Of a stretch of DNA of 64,000 nt, positions 1-11,514 are shown piece by piece (within the stretch, counting starts at the first letter, position 1; every line of letters starts with the position of its first letter). The position numbers and the translations under genes were made by a program. The notes under the pieces are model-generated. The model was not told the DNA's origin and made no database searches. It saw only the letters and a list, made by a program, of their open reading frames with translations. Origin of the DNA: an uncultured candidate division Zixibacteria bacterium (GTDB lineage Bacteria; Zixibacteria; MSB-5A5; UBA10806); NCBI GenBank assembly GCA_963801605.1, contig CAWDFP010000006.1, positions 704,001 through 768,000 on the forward strand, given 5' to 3'.

Positions 1-1267
1 AGCGCTTTGGCGGCCGGTATCGAGGCTGATCCTCGTTTTGGCCCGGTCTATACTCAGACTATCGCGCAAGCAGGCACGGATATTAGCAAACCATTAGGCG
101 AGGGGTTAGTCAAAGATAACGCTTTGGGGAATATGGTTTCCGATGCTATACGAAACATAACGGGCGCTCAAATCGCCATCCAGCCGCAGGGCTTCATCTC
201 GCAGACTATTTATGCCGGACCAGTTACGGGAGACGACATTTTCCAGGCTGTCCCTTATGGATTTGATCAGGTCTCCGGTCTTGGACTCAAACTTGTTACT
301 TTTGAAACTGATGGTCTTTCTCTTATTCGAGGGCTGGAATTCGCTGCTTACAATTTGCCATACTTAGAGGATTTCTTTTTACACGGCTCAAATATCACCT
401 ACGCCTATAACTCAACTCTTCCGCCAGGCGAGCGAGTTGATTATGCTTCAATCTTTATCAATGGCCAACCGCTGAATCCCGTAGGTTCTTATACGGTTGT
501 TGTTCCCGATGCCGTTATACCTTTCTTCTCGCAGATACCCGGATTTAATGTCAATAACCTTACCGAAACCGGCCTATTTCAATATACCGTTGTGAAGGAT
601 TTCATGATCGCCAACTCACCTGTCAGATATTATTCTGAGGGGCGAGTAATTGATCTGGCACTCTTCGCAGAACCGTTGACAGGGATAGATGCTCTTTCAA
701 ACGTAGTCACGCTTTTCAAACAGAACGGTTCCATCTCTCGCAACTTCGCCAATGACATGCTTATTAGAAGCCTTCAATTTATTCAGAGGGCAATTGAACG
801 GGGTCAGTTGCGCCCCGCCGCCCGCCTGCTCAATGTTTTTAAGCTCGAGGTCAGGCTTTACCAGAGATTTAGATTTATTACCAGGTTTTCTGCCGATAGG
901 CTCTGCTACCTGGCGGATAAACTGAAAGAATCGTTTGGCCCCGGGTTTGGAAAATTTGAGGATGATTCCGGGATTGCTTCTTTACCAGACGATTATGCGT
1001 TGTCCCAAAACTATCCCAATCCATTCAATCCTGAAACGCAAATTGATTATTTCCTTCCAACCGGCTCCAATGTAAAAATTGAGATCTTCGACATTCTCGG
1101 GCAAAGCGTGAAAACGCTCGTAGACAGTTATCAGGAGGCCGGCCCCCAAAGTGTCGTTTGGAATGGTCAGGATGACTTCGGGCGGAAGGTTTCAAGCGGA
1201 ATCTATTTCTACAAAATGCAAGCAGGAGATTTTGTAGATAACCAAGAAAATGAGCTTATTGAAATAG
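1..1267 (+). CDS. Secreted 5'-nucleotidase-family protein (5' partial): nucleotidase C-domain, helical FIMAH-like domain, FlgD/T9SS-type C-terminal domain
   Basis: Motifs DNALGNMVSDAIR and GPVTGDDIFQAVPYG are typical of the 5'-nucleotidase C-domain; LSQNYPNPFNP...SSGIYFYKM is the CTD. An extra A near 1240 shifts the end; the corrected end is DTKKMSLLK-TAG at 1267. Confidence 0.8.
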
Positions 1268-1294
1268 CCAATGGTATTTCTATTCAATGATATC

Positions 1295-1326
1295 AAGAGG
1301 CGCCGTCGAGGAGTCGGCGCCTCTTT
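1295..1326. terminator. Intrinsic terminator between convergent genes
   Basis: AAGAGGCGCCG...CGGCGCCTCTT 11-bp stem. Confidence 0.75.
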
Positions 1327-1367
1327 CATGTCAGAGTTTCTTATTCATCCTTTAAAATATGGAGTAT

Positions 1368-2613
1368 TTAGATTTTTCTCCCCAGGGCTTTTTCCAGAGC
1401 ATCCTTGTGAATCAGGAAGGTGAGCATCTTAAGACGGATATAATCGTCCCGGTAGAATACGTAACCCTCGTACTTCCCCTGCGCCAGCCTTCGCGATGAG
1501 TCTTTTACAAGGTACCAGTCATGCCCTCCTATCTTCGTATATCCAATTACGTGAACACCGTGATCGTCAGTGGTGGTTTCGTTATAGAAACGAAGTTCGC
1601 GCGAATCTTGATTAATTTTATCCTGCGGAATATCAAAATCAGGTATTATAGCTATATCCTCCTCGCCTATATATCCGGGCTCGGAGACGTCGCCGCCCAG
1701 CGCTAATGTATAGCCCGAATTGATAGCGCTTTTTATTGCCTTGTACCAATCGTCAAGGGGAAGGTTATAATAAGTGCTGTCGTGACGCCAATTATCCCAA
1801 ACCTTAAATTCGCCTCTGGCATAAAACGGAGAGGCGAGAGTTGACATGCAAGGCACGTAATTATCAAGATCGATCTTCATGACATCGCTGACAAACTCTA
1901 ATGGTGTTATAGTCTTTCCCTCAAAAGCAAAGTTCTTAGGCGGCGCCCCCATATATTTATCGAGGATCAGTTTAACCGCGCCGATTACCTCTTCCTCGTT
2001 CCAATAGTTGTTGGTGCTGACATAATTTAGATAGTTTTCGATTTCTCCGGCCATCTTATTGTGATCATACCGCTTGCCGTTAGTGCTTCCCGAATAGACA
2101 TCCTCAGGCACCGCACCATATTCTCTTCATAATAAGCAGGACAGCCTCGCCTTCAGAACCCTCCCCGTTCCAGGAGTCGGCGCGTTTGGCCACATAGTTT
2201 TTGGCTTTCTCGATATATTCATGATAAACGGTATACATTTCGGACAACTTTACTTTGCGGCCGGTTTGACGAGCTACCTCGGTTTCCAAAAACGACGTGG
2301 TTGAAAAACACCAGCAGGTCCCGGTGCGATACTGGCCAAGCGGCGGAAAATGAAATTCTGTTTTGAAATCTTCAAGGGATGATGGCCTGACTACCTTACT
2401 GATGTCAAAGCGGATAACATCATATTCATCTTTTGTTTCCTGCTTATCACGGATAGCAGCCGTTACGCTATCATCTATTGCCCGGGTCGAATCGGCGGCT
2501 TTGACGATCTCCTCAATAATTCCCGACCGCTTCTCCGGAACATATTTTACATGTTGAGCCCAAAGCGGGGTTGAGCTTAAGAAACAGATAAATCCCAGTA
2601 AAATTGTTTTCAT
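1368..2613 (-). CDS. C1 family cysteine aminopeptidase (PepC/bleomycin hydrolase-like), frameshift near 2123
   Basis: QYRTGTCWCFS catalytic Cys motif in the 2104-2613 ORF; DDHGVH and YLVKDS in the 1368-2111 ORF; signal peptide; removing one A joins them as MKEYGAVPEDVY. Confidence 0.85.
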
Positions 2614-3058
2614 CTTACACCTGCCATAAATAATCCAATTAAAGGTTGTTCACAGTCCATCTTATTGATTAGGCTAAGAGATTTATTTTGATTTGGCAAG
2701 TAATTTTGGCGAAATCGATTTATTAAATAAATTGTTTTCAAATGGATTTGCCGGCAACTCCAATAATGAACAACTGAAGCGGAAGATGCATACAAACATA
2801 AGCTTATAACCTTCAATAGCTTTTGGCCATTCACACAAAAACCGAATTTATCTGCTCAAATTTTTAACAGATACAGATTTTTTGCTCCCGGATCATAAAA
2901 GTTAAGCTGTTAGACTATAGCACGTTAAGTAACGAAAGATTCCTCCTTTCCGGGCATGTTTTTTGTCCTTCAGCAGATAGGCAGAGCAGAATATCGGGGA
3001 GATACTACGGTTACGTACCGCATGTAAATATGAAGGCAAAGCATTGGAGGGGTTTATC

Positions 3059-4417
3059 ATGACAGTACTCAGGACTCGCATTATTCGCGTCTCGATGTTT
3101 ATCATAAACGCGTTGTTGCTTACAAGTTCACTTTCATGGGGGAGTAACAATTCGAGCAGTGAGGCAGGCAATGCTAAGGCTCAAACAGAAAGATTGACTT
3201 TTAACGCGCCATCGAGAAGCGGCATCGAAGTTTCGCCTCTTTCCGATGATTATGGGACTGTTGATATTTCCTGGACGGCGCCCGGGGACGACAGCACTTT
3301 CGGCACTGCCGATCATTACGTAATAAAATATTACGAAAGCGCCATTAATGAGTCAAATTGGGATTCCGCTATGATAGTTGCCAACCCGCCGACGCCGCTT
3401 CCGTCAGGAACAAATCAAAGCTTCGTTGTGAATAGCCTCTATCCGGGACAATTTTATTATCTGGCAATGAAAACCTACGATGACGCCGGAAATGTCTCCG
3501 TACTTTCGAATTTAGCAATGAAATATGCGTCGGGCATTGCTCGTCCTGCTCTTTTGGGCGCGGAGATAGATTCGGTTAATTCATCTGCCACCCTTTCGGC
3601 AAGGATAGTTAACTCTCACCTGGCAGTCTATTATGAGTTCGCCCTCGATACCACAATCGAATTTTCCCATCCCGTTGTCGATGTTGCTCTCATTGCAGAT
3701 ACCACGGCCAGGGTTAGTTTTGGCGGTCTCCAACCTGTGATCGCCTATTTTTGGAGATGCCGGGCGATGGCTCAGGATCATTCCGACTCAAGTCTCTGGT
3801 CAGGCCCAGCATCATTCGTACTTAATGATATTATCGCTCCGATTGTCACTATTACCAGCCCCAATAATGGCGATACGCTGCGGGCTGATACTGCCGTAGT
3901 TTCCTGGTATGCAAACCACAATGGCCCCATAGCCGCCTATTATGTCGGTTATTCTACCGATTCGGGCGCCAACTGGCAGCAAATATCACAGGGAATCGAT
4001 ACCTGTGGTTCAATCGTCTGGCAACTACCGCCATCCGGCGATCAATTCCTGGTGGGCGTACTATATCTGGATATAGCTCAAAATCCCGGCGGTGATACCG
4101 TTACCGTTTACAGGGCGCCAACATCAATTGGCAATGAATCCAATATGATTCCTGTAGATTTCGAGCTTCAACAGTCATATCCCAATCCCTTTAATGCCGT
4201 GGCTACAATTGGATATTCTCTTCCTACGGCATCGCAAGTTACCCTTGAAATTTATGACCTTTTGGGAAATAAAGTTATTACGCTTCATGATGGGTACGAT
4301 GCTGCAGGATACCATCAATATCTCTGGCAGGCAGGACAATTGGCATCGGGAACATACCTTTACAGGCTAAAGGCCGGCGCCTTTGAGATGGTTAAATTTA
4401 CAACCTTAATCAAGTAA
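3059..4417 (+). CDS. Secreted FN3/Ig-domain protein with FlgD/T9SS-type CTD
   Basis: SWTAPGDD...YYLAMKTYDDAGNVS FN3-like module; QSYPNPFN...LASGTYLYRL CTD; hydrophobic N-terminus; start uncertain (3044/3059/3095). Confidence 0.75.
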   Translation: MTVLRTRIIRVSMFIINALLLTSSLSWGSNNSSSEAGNAKAQTERLTFNAPSRSGIEVSPLSDDYGTVDISWTAPGDDSTFGTADHYVIKYYESAINESNWDSAMIVANPPTPLPSGTNQSFVVNSLYPGQFYYLAMKTYDDAGNVSVLSNLAMKYASGIARPALLGAEIDSVNSSATLSARIVNSHLAVYYEFALDTTIEFSHPVVDVALIADTTARVSFGGLQPVIAYFWRCRAMAQDHSDSSLWSGPASFVLNDIIAPIVTITSPNNGDTLRADTAVVSWYANHNGPIAAYYVGYSTDSGANWQQISQGIDTCGSIVWQLPPSGDQFLVGVLYLDIAQNPGGDTVTVYRAPTSIGNESNMIPVDFELQQSYPNPFNAVATIGYSLPTASQVTLEIYDLLGNKVITLHDGYDAAGYHQYLWQAGQLASGTYLYRLKAGAFEMVKFTTLIK

Positions 4418-4437
4418 GCGCCTCTAATGTTGCCATT

Positions 4438-4464
4438 GGGAGCCACCCTCAGGCTCCCTTTTTT
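4438..4464 (+). terminator. Rho-independent terminator
   Basis: GGGAGCC-7nt-GGCTCCC followed by T6. Confidence 0.8.
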
Positions 4465-4617
4465 ATTGGCAAATCATTTGTCCAATCCGCATCTTTTTGA
4501 CCAGAAAGTTAATATCGAATTCTATGGCCATTGCCTTTAGAAAACTAAAGTGATATTCATATTGTAAGTGCAGCCTATATTTTAAAAAGGATAAAATGAG
4601 GATAAATCCTTGAGTTT

Positions 4618-5586
4618 TTATTTTTCTGATTTTTTATCCGAGTTTCTGTCATTCCCGAAGATATGTGAAAGCAGATTTCCCTGCTCATGGCGGCACTTTT
4701 CCATGGAGATATTGCAATCCGTCTCAAACGGCTCCACATGGATAGTGACATGGGCATTTGGTATCGCTTTTATAATCTCTTCCTCAATATGATCGCATAC
4801 CTTATGGGCGTCGGCCAAACTTATATCATGGCTTTGTACCAGGTGTAGATCGATTTCCCTTACCTTGCCAACCTTCCGGGATCTTAAGTCGTGAAATCCT
4901 ATAAATGATCCGCTGTGGTCAACCAAAACCTTCTCTATGGCCGAAAGTTCTGATTCGGACAGTCCCTCGTCCATGAGATCATGAAGGGAACGCTTGACTA
5001 TATCATAAGCGGCGTGCCCTATTACCAGCGCCACCATCAACGCAATAATCGGGTCGAGAATATAAAGCCCCGTAATTTTGATAAGCAGAAGGCCCACAAA
5101 GACGCCCGCCGATGTCAGTACGTCGGTGGATAGATGCAGGGCATCAGCCTCTAATGCCAGCGATTCCGATTTCCTGGATACCTTGAACAACTGGCGCGAA
5201 ACGATTGTATTAAGAAGCGCCGATACTCCCATAATAATGAGGCCGAGATCGAGCTTGCCGACTTCGCCTCCCCTGATGATCTTTTCAATTGCTTGATATA
5301 CAATGATAAAAATCGCGAGAAAGATAATTAGCCCCTCGAAAAAGCCCGAGAGGCTTTCTGCTTTGCCATGTCCGAACGGATGCCGTTTATCGGGCGGCTT
5401 GCTCGCTTCCCGCACCGCTATGAAAGCTACAATCGCCGCCATTAAATCTATCCCGGAATGCACCGCTTCACTGATAACGCTTACCGAGTTTATCAGAATA
5501 CCAATAACCAGCTTGCCCGACACCAGAATGGTGTTGGATGCGATAGACATGCCAGCGGCGAATTTTTTACTGCGGTCGAGGTTCAA
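4618..5586 (-). CDS. fieF: Cation diffusion facilitator (FieF-like)
   Basis: SEAVHSGID, PPDKRHPFGHGKAE, ADALHLSTD, C-terminal dimerisation domain ending IHVEP. Confidence 0.9.
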   Translation of the reverse strand: MNLDRSKKFAAGMSIASNTILVSGKLVIGILINSVSVISEAVHSGIDLMAAIVAFIAVREASKPPDKRHPFGHGKAESLSGFFEGLIIFLAIFIIVYQAIEKIIRGGEVGKLDLGLIIMGVSALLNTIVSRQLFKVSRKSESLALEADALHLSTDVLTSAGVFVGLLLIKITGLYILDPIIALMVALVIGHAAYDIVKRSLHDLMDEGLSESELSAIEKVLVDHSGSFIGFHDLRSRKVGKVREIDLHLVQSHDISLADAHKVCDHIEEEIIKAIPNAHVTIHVEPFETDCNISMEKCRHEQGNLLSHIFGNDRNSDKKSEK

Positions 5587-5771
5587 AGGATTCCCAAAAA
5601 TTAAAAACGATCCATCAAGCCGAATCGTTTCAATGGCTTAATTGCCGATTAACTTAAATAATATATAGTGAATCCATTAAATGCAAGGATTTTTGTCTTG
5701 CTTTATTGTTCTCGGTAAATATCGATACTCCTCCATAATTTTTTTATGTGCGACTAATTTAGTTCATAAGC

Positions 5772-5800
5772 TTGACACCCGTTCAAATCTCCTCTATAAT
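5772..5800 (+). promoter_or_regulatory. sigma70 promoter, perfect consensus
   Basis: TTGACA-17 bp-TATAAT upstream of the M20 gene. Confidence 0.8.
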
Positions 5801-5841
5801 CTCCCGCGAAAAGTAACGAAGGTGTCTTGCCGGGAGAAAAA

Positions 5842-7035
5842 ATGAACGAACTAAAAACCGATATAGCCAAACTTTCCATAAGATTTGCTCCAGAGATGAT
5901 CAAGCTTCGACGCCAGCTTCATCAATATCCGGAAATCTCGCTGGAGGAACGTCAAACTCAAAAGATAATCGCGGGCAAACTTAAAGAAGCAGGTCTTAAA
6001 GTAAATTCCAAAATCTGGGGAACGGCAGTCGTAGGGCTGCTCAGCGGCAGCGGAAAAGGCAAAACGGTCGGCATCAGGTCGGATATGGATGCCCTGCCCG
6101 TCACCGAACAGACCGGATATTCATTTGCAAGCAAAAATCCCGGCAAAATGCACGCTTGCGGTCACGATGTTCACATGGCTACGGTCTGGGGAGCCGCCAG
6201 GATTCTTTCAAGTCTTAGGGATAAGCTTAACGGTTCGGTAAAATTCATTTATCAACCGTCGGAGGAAATTCATCCTGGCGGAGCCAAACCTCTGATCAAT
6301 GCGGGAGTTCTTAAAAAGCCGGACGTTTCTCTTATGTTTGGACTTCATGTCGATTCCACTATCCCCGCCGGCACAATTGGAGTAAAAGATGGCCCCATGA
6401 TGGCTCAGGCCGATGACTTCTCTGTTGAGATTATTGGACGCTCCGGGCATGGCGCCAGGCCGCATGAGACTATCGATGCAGTAATTGTGGCATCCAATCT
6501 GGTTATGGCTTTACAAAATATCTCCTCGCGCCAGGTAAACCCCTTAATTCCTGTGGTAGTTTCAATCGGGGCAATCCATGGAGGAACCGCCACTAATGTT
6601 ATTGCGGATAGGGTAACGTTAAAAGGTACAGCACGCTCCCTTACGCCCGAACTTACTAAGGTACTCCCCGATATGATCGAGAAAATTATCTGGGGTGTTT
6701 GCGAAACTTTCGGAGCCAGCTATATTTTGAGATACAACCGCGGTTATCCTGTCCTTTTCAATAATACTAAAGTTAACGATATTTATCGTCAATCGGCTCG
6801 GGAGCTCTTTGGCAAAAAAGCAGTGGTTGAAATTACATATCCTTCTATGGGCGGTGAGGATTTTGCGTATTTTGCCAAGGCCGTCCCCGGAGCAATGGTC
6901 CGACTTGGAGTAGGTAATAAAAAAATTGGGGCCGACAAACCCTGGCATCACCCGGCATTCAAGGCCGATGAGGCTGCCATACCGTTTGGGGCGGCCGTAA
7001 TATCGTACGCTGTCTTGAGCGCTTTACAGGAATAA
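5842..7035 (+). CDS. M20D family amidohydrolase
   Basis: RRQLHQYPE, RSDMDALP, MHACGHDVH, QPSEE, GGEDFAY. Confidence 0.92.
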   Translation: MNELKTDIAKLSIRFAPEMIKLRRQLHQYPEISLEERQTQKIIAGKLKEAGLKVNSKIWGTAVVGLLSGSGKGKTVGIRSDMDALPVTEQTGYSFASKNPGKMHACGHDVHMATVWGAARILSSLRDKLNGSVKFIYQPSEEIHPGGAKPLINAGVLKKPDVSLMFGLHVDSTIPAGTIGVKDGPMMAQADDFSVEIIGRSGHGARPHETIDAVIVASNLVMALQNISSRQVNPLIPVVVSIGAIHGGTATNVIADRVTLKGTARSLTPELTKVLPDMIEKIIWGVCETFGASYILRYNRGYPVLFNNTKVNDIYRQSARELFGKKAVVEITYPSMGGEDFAYFAKAVPGAMVRLGVGNKKIGADKPWHHPAFKADEAAIPFGAAVISYAVLSALQE

Positions 7036-7041
7036 TTACTT

Positions 7042-7737
7042 ATGCCGATTACCACGGTTTTATTGGATGGCGGTGGCGTCATCGTCGACGAGTCCGAGCT
7101 TGAGGATATTAGGGCTCGAATTATCTCCAATGTTCTCTCGAGTTTGATCCGGGGATATTCCACGTATAATTACTGGGCCGATATCGATCAGGCCGTGAAA
7201 TCATTCTGTCCCAATGTTTATAAATATGTATTTTGGAAATATACCGAGGGGAACCTGCCTCTTTTTGAAGAACTCTATCAGAAACATTTATTGAGCTGGA
7301 AAGAGGATCGTCCCTCACTTAAGCTCGCCGACGGTTTTGCTGTTGAGGCCGAGTCGATAAGTCGTCGCTTTAAGATCGGGATCGCCGGACAATATGGCAT
7401 TGAGATACTTGACCTTTTACGGGATAACTCCATTTTGGATTATTTTGCATTTCAGTTTACTCAAGATGATTTTTCGCTCACCAAGCCCGATCCCCGTTAT
7501 TTCGAACAGATTGCGCAAAAGGCAGGAGTTGCCCCCCAGGAATGTATCATGGTGGGAGATCGCATTGACAAAGACATAATTCCCGCCAGGCAAGTTGGTA
7601 TGAAAACGATTTTAGTAAGAACGGGGATTCATCGAAATCAACGCCCCAGAGTACCGTACGAAATACCCGATATCGAGCAGGAAGGCATTTGGGGTTTAGC
7701 AAAAACGGTAAAGGATATCGCCGATCAATTATCGTGA
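7042..7737 (+). CDS. HAD-superfamily hydrolase
   Basis: LLDGGGVI motif I variant, KPDP, MVGDRIDKDI. Confidence 0.85.
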   Translation: MPITTVLLDGGGVIVDESELEDIRARIISNVLSSLIRGYSTYNYWADIDQAVKSFCPNVYKYVFWKYTEGNLPLFEELYQKHLLSWKEDRPSLKLADGFAVEAESISRRFKIGIAGQYGIEILDLLRDNSILDYFAFQFTQDDFSLTKPDPRYFEQIAQKAGVAPQECIMVGDRIDKDIIPARQVGMKTILVRTGIHRNQRPRVPYEIPDIEQEGIWGLAKTVKDIADQLS

Positions 7738-7773
7738 AGACGATGGATTCGATCCATAAAAGGAAGGACTAGT

Positions 7774-8529
7774 ATGCCTTTGGTAGATTACCTGAAGCGT
7801 CTCAAAAATATCAGGCTGCTGCCACCAAAAGATAAGGAGTTTTATAAAATCTTCGATGAGATGGCCGCCAATGTGCTAAACGCCAGCGAACTTCTTATAA
7901 AGCTATTTGAGGCCAAACCGCATGAGCGGCCCGAAGTTGAAATCGGCATTGCCACCCGTGTAACCCGTTGTGATGTAATGGCAAGCTCTTTGGAAAATCT
8001 ACTAAGAGCGGCTCAACAGCCGCCTTTTGGACGAGCCGAAATCAGCGAGTTCTCCGATGGGGCAACCAGGATTGTCAAATATATCAATCATGCTGCCAAC
8101 CGCTATATGGTATACGATTTTCCATCGAGCGATAAAGAGATGCGCGAAATGGCTCCCCTGATAAGAGAAGCCTGTGCAGAAATCGTTCGCGCTGTCAATA
8201 GTCTCCATAAAAATCGTCAACTCGAACCATTCACCAGAGCGATAGACACCCTTGAAGGCAAAGCCGATGAGATTTATCATGGCGGATTGAGGCGCAGGTT
8301 CCGCGAAATTCGCGAAGATCACGCCCATCTTCATGTACAAATAAAACAAGTTTCGCCCGAAGCCACTTGCCTGGATCTTTTGCCGATAATTCAAGCCAAC
8401 GTCGAATATACTCGTCACGTAGCCGTATTTTTTGCCTTACGGCAGGTTTACGCAGAACTTGAACGAGCTATCGATGCCTGTACAGATCTTTCCGCAATCT
8501 TAAAGCGAATGGTTGCCACTAATGTTTGA
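7774..8529 (+). CDS. DUF47/PhoU-like phosphate transport regulator
   Basis: PKDKEFY start, LEGKADEIY, LERAIDACTD; overlaps the downstream Pit gene. Confidence 0.8.
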   Translation: MPLVDYLKRLKNIRLLPPKDKEFYKIFDEMAANVLNASELLIKLFEAKPHERPEVEIGIATRVTRCDVMASSLENLLRAAQQPPFGRAEISEFSDGATRIVKYINHAANRYMVYDFPSSDKEMREMAPLIREACAEIVRAVNSLHKNRQLEPFTRAIDTLEGKADEIYHGGLRRRFREIREDHAHLHVQIKQVSPEATCLDLLPIIQANVEYTRHVAVFFALRQVYAELERAIDACTDLSAILKRMVATNV

Positions 8530-9523
8530 ACAGCAGTTACTCCTGATACTCATTATCGGAGCGGCTCTGTTATATGACTTTGTCAACGGTTTCCACGATG
8601 CCGCTAATGCCATAGCCACTACGATTGCCACCCATGCCCTCTCGCCGCGCAATGCAATTCTCCTGGCCCGAACGCTCAATTTCGTGGGCGGACTCTTACA
8701 TACCGCCGTAGCATACACGGTGGGAAAGGGGATCGTCGACAGCCAGATAATAACGCTACCGATTATCCTGGGTGCGCTTATGGGCGCGGTGTTATGGGGC
8801 TATTTTACATGGTATTTCGGTTTGCCATCAAGCTCCACCTACGCCTTAATGGGCGGGCTAATAGGTGTTGCATTGTATGCTAATAATTTCAACACGTCCG
8901 TGTTAATCGAATCCGGTATTATTAAAAACCTGACCGTTATGGCAATTTCGCCTTTTATCGGAATAATTGCAGGGTTGATACTTATTGTCCTTTTTAGTTG
9001 GATTGCCTGGCCGTTTTCACATCGGGTTACCTCTGTTGTTTACAAGAGGCTTCAGGTTCTTTCGGCATCGCTCATGGCCATTTCCCATGGTATGAATGAT
9101 GCCCAACACACCATGGGAATTATTACAGTCGCGCTCCTTTCAGCCGGAGTAATACACGAGTTCCATGTGCCACTCTGGGTCCGATTTACGTCTGCCTTTA
9201 TGATGGGACTGGGCACTTCCGTTGGCGGCTGGAAAATTATAAAAACCATGGGCACGAAAATGACCAATCTTCATGAGCCTATCGATGGCTGCGCAGCCGA
9301 AACTGCCGCCGGTACAGTCATCATGACTGCCGCATATTCGGGTCTGCTCGTTTCTACGACCCAGGTTATTACGGGCGCCATTGCCGGCACGGCGCTGGCC
9401 AGGGGACCGGGTAAAGTTAATTGGCGAGTACTTGGAAATATACTCATGGCCTGGGTGTTGACCCTGCCCGGAGCGGCCATTTTTGGCATTATTACTTATT
9501 TGATAGTAGTGAAAATTTTCTAA
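8522..9523 (+). CDS. pit: PiT family inorganic phosphate transporter
   Basis: FVNGFHDAANAIAT and HGMNDAQ signature motifs; multi-TM. Confidence 0.92.
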   Translation: MFEQQLLLILIIGAALLYDFVNGFHDAANAIATTIATHALSPRNAILLARTLNFVGGLLHTAVAYTVGKGIVDSQIITLPIILGALMGAVLWGYFTWYFGLPSSSTYALMGGLIGVALYANNFNTSVLIESGIIKNLTVMAISPFIGIIAGLILIVLFSWIAWPFSHRVTSVVYKRLQVLSASLMAISHGMNDAQHTMGIITVALLSAGVIHEFHVPLWVRFTSAFMMGLGTSVGGWKIIKTMGTKMTNLHEPIDGCAAETAAGTVIMTAAYSGLLVSTTQVITGAIAGTALARGPGKVNWRVLGNILMAWVLTLPGAAIFGIITYLIVVKIF

Positions 9524-9552
9524 TTATATCGAAGATTATTTTATAAAAACAA

Positions 9553-9578
9553 AGGGCGATCTCATGAAAGATCGCCCT
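9553..9578. terminator. Terminator hairpin between pit and hutH
   Basis: AGGGCGATCT-6nt-AGATCGCCCT 10-bp stem. Confidence 0.7.
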
Positions 9579-9604
9579 GATAATAATCGAATATTGATTT
9601 GAAA

Positions 9605-11135
9605 TTAGCTCAGCCTTAATGGCAGTTCGCCAATTTCGGCCTCTACCGCGTCGAGAATAGTGCTAGTTGCGCACCAACTCGGCGATCTTATTGACATCGG
9701 GATAGAGCACCCGATCCTGTTTGAGGAATGTTACATGCTGACGGATAACATCATAAGCCACTTTCGTCCCGCGTCCGGGCTTTAGCGGTTTCCGGAAATC
9801 CATCGCCTGCGCCGCGGCGTACATTTCAATCGCCAATACCGCGCCTACGTTCTTCAATATCTCCTTGCACTTTCTGACCGCTATCGGCGACATCGCCACA
9901 TGGTCTTCTTGATCGGCCGAAACTGAGATCGAATCCACTGTCGATGGGTGCGAGAGCACTTTGTTTTCAGAGACCAAAGCTGCTGCTGTATACTGAGCTA
10001 CCATCAGGCCGGAATTGAGTCCCTGGCCATCAACTAAGAAATCCGGTAAACCGGAAAGCACGGGGTTGAGCAGACGGTTGCAATGACGTTCGGAAAGATC
10101 GGCTACCTCCGCCATCGCGATGCACAGGAAATCGATTGCCATTCCCAGGCATTGACCGTGGAAATTGCCGCCCGCTAAGTAAGCGTTATCATCCGGGAAG
10201 AAGAGCGGATTATCGGCTGTGGAGTTCATCTCGGTTTCGATTTGCTCGCGCACGTAGTACCAGCAATCCACCGATGGCCCCAGAACCTGCGGCGTACAGC
10301 GCATCGAGTATCCATCCTGCACCTTGCTTGATTTTTCGGCGATAATTTCCGAATCGGCCATCAGTTCGCGAAGATTGCGGGCTACTACATTCTGTCCTTT
10401 GAATGGTCGAACTGCGTGAATTCGCGCGTCGTAAGCAGTTGGTACGCCCTTAAGTGCATCGATCGTCATGGCTGATGCGATAAACGCATTCTTTAGAAGC
10501 CGTCTGGCGTCCTGTAAAAGCAGCCCTGAACCCGATGTCACCATTTGGGAGCCGTTGATTAGCCCCAGACCTTCTTTATATGTCGGCTTGACAGGTTCGA
10601 TACCGGCCTTGGCCATGGCATCACACCCGTCCATGAGTTGGCCTTTATAATATGCTTTACCCTCTCCCAGACACACTTCGGCAAGTTGCGCCAGCGGGGA
10701 AAGATCTCCCGATGTACCCACCGAGCCTTTTTCGTACACAAACGGCGTCACGCCGCGATTCAGCATCTTAACGAATACGTCGGCGGTGGAAAAACGGACA
10801 CCTGAGTTGCCGCGAGCCAGTACATTGGCGCGAAGAGCCATTGCGCCGCGGACGTCAGCCTCCGGGAATGGATCGCCGGTTCCAGCAGCGTGGCTGTAAA
10901 TAATGTTTCTCTGAAGCTGCTCGCCTTGTTCCGGGCTGACTCTAATCCGGGCAAACTCGCCGATTCCGGTTGTTACTCCGTAAATCGCTTTACCCGATTT
11001 AACCATCTCTTCGACAATATTCCAGCAACGCTCGATTTTGGTGCGAGCCTCGTCGGAATATGCCACTTCAGCCTTCTTGCGAGCTATAGACTCGAGCTTC
11101 TCTATTGTCATGTTTTGACCGTCGATAAAAATCAT
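9605..11135 (-). CDS. hutH: Histidine ammonia-lyase (MIO family)
   Basis: YGVTTGIG, IIYSHAAG (His-type SH pocket), GTSGDL MIO motif, QDGYSMRC, GGNFHG, QEDHV. An extra base near 9667 gives an early stop; the corrected frame ends at TAA 9605. Confidence 0.85.
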
Positions 11136-11514
11136 GTTATCTCCTTTGAAATCTCGCCAATTGTCGGCATCACAAAATCACCTTATCTTTGTCCTGGCGG
11201 AGCAACGATCCTGTCAATCATCCAATTTCCCGGATGTGCCCCGGTAAAATCACCAGCCACTAATATGCAATTTTATGGTCCCAATAGCAAGCGCAGTAAA
11301 CATGGGGACCCAGGCCATATTGAGGCCGCTACTCCGAAGCCTATATATATTTTACGTTTGAACAAAAGTCCCAGTTGCTATTTTTTGATACATCGATTAC
11401 ATCATTTTTGGGGTTAATGAAGCCCTAAAATTTAGATAATACTACTTATTTACTCCTCGAAACCCTGTCCCAATTTTCCGAGTTGAACTAATTGTATTAC
11501 AAGGATTTGAAGAA

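Noticed and set aside
11136..11514. SAM-I riboswitch between hutH and cbs
   Set aside because: Only an isolated TTATC/GATAAG; the conserved kink-turn, GCAACC and GTGC core is absent
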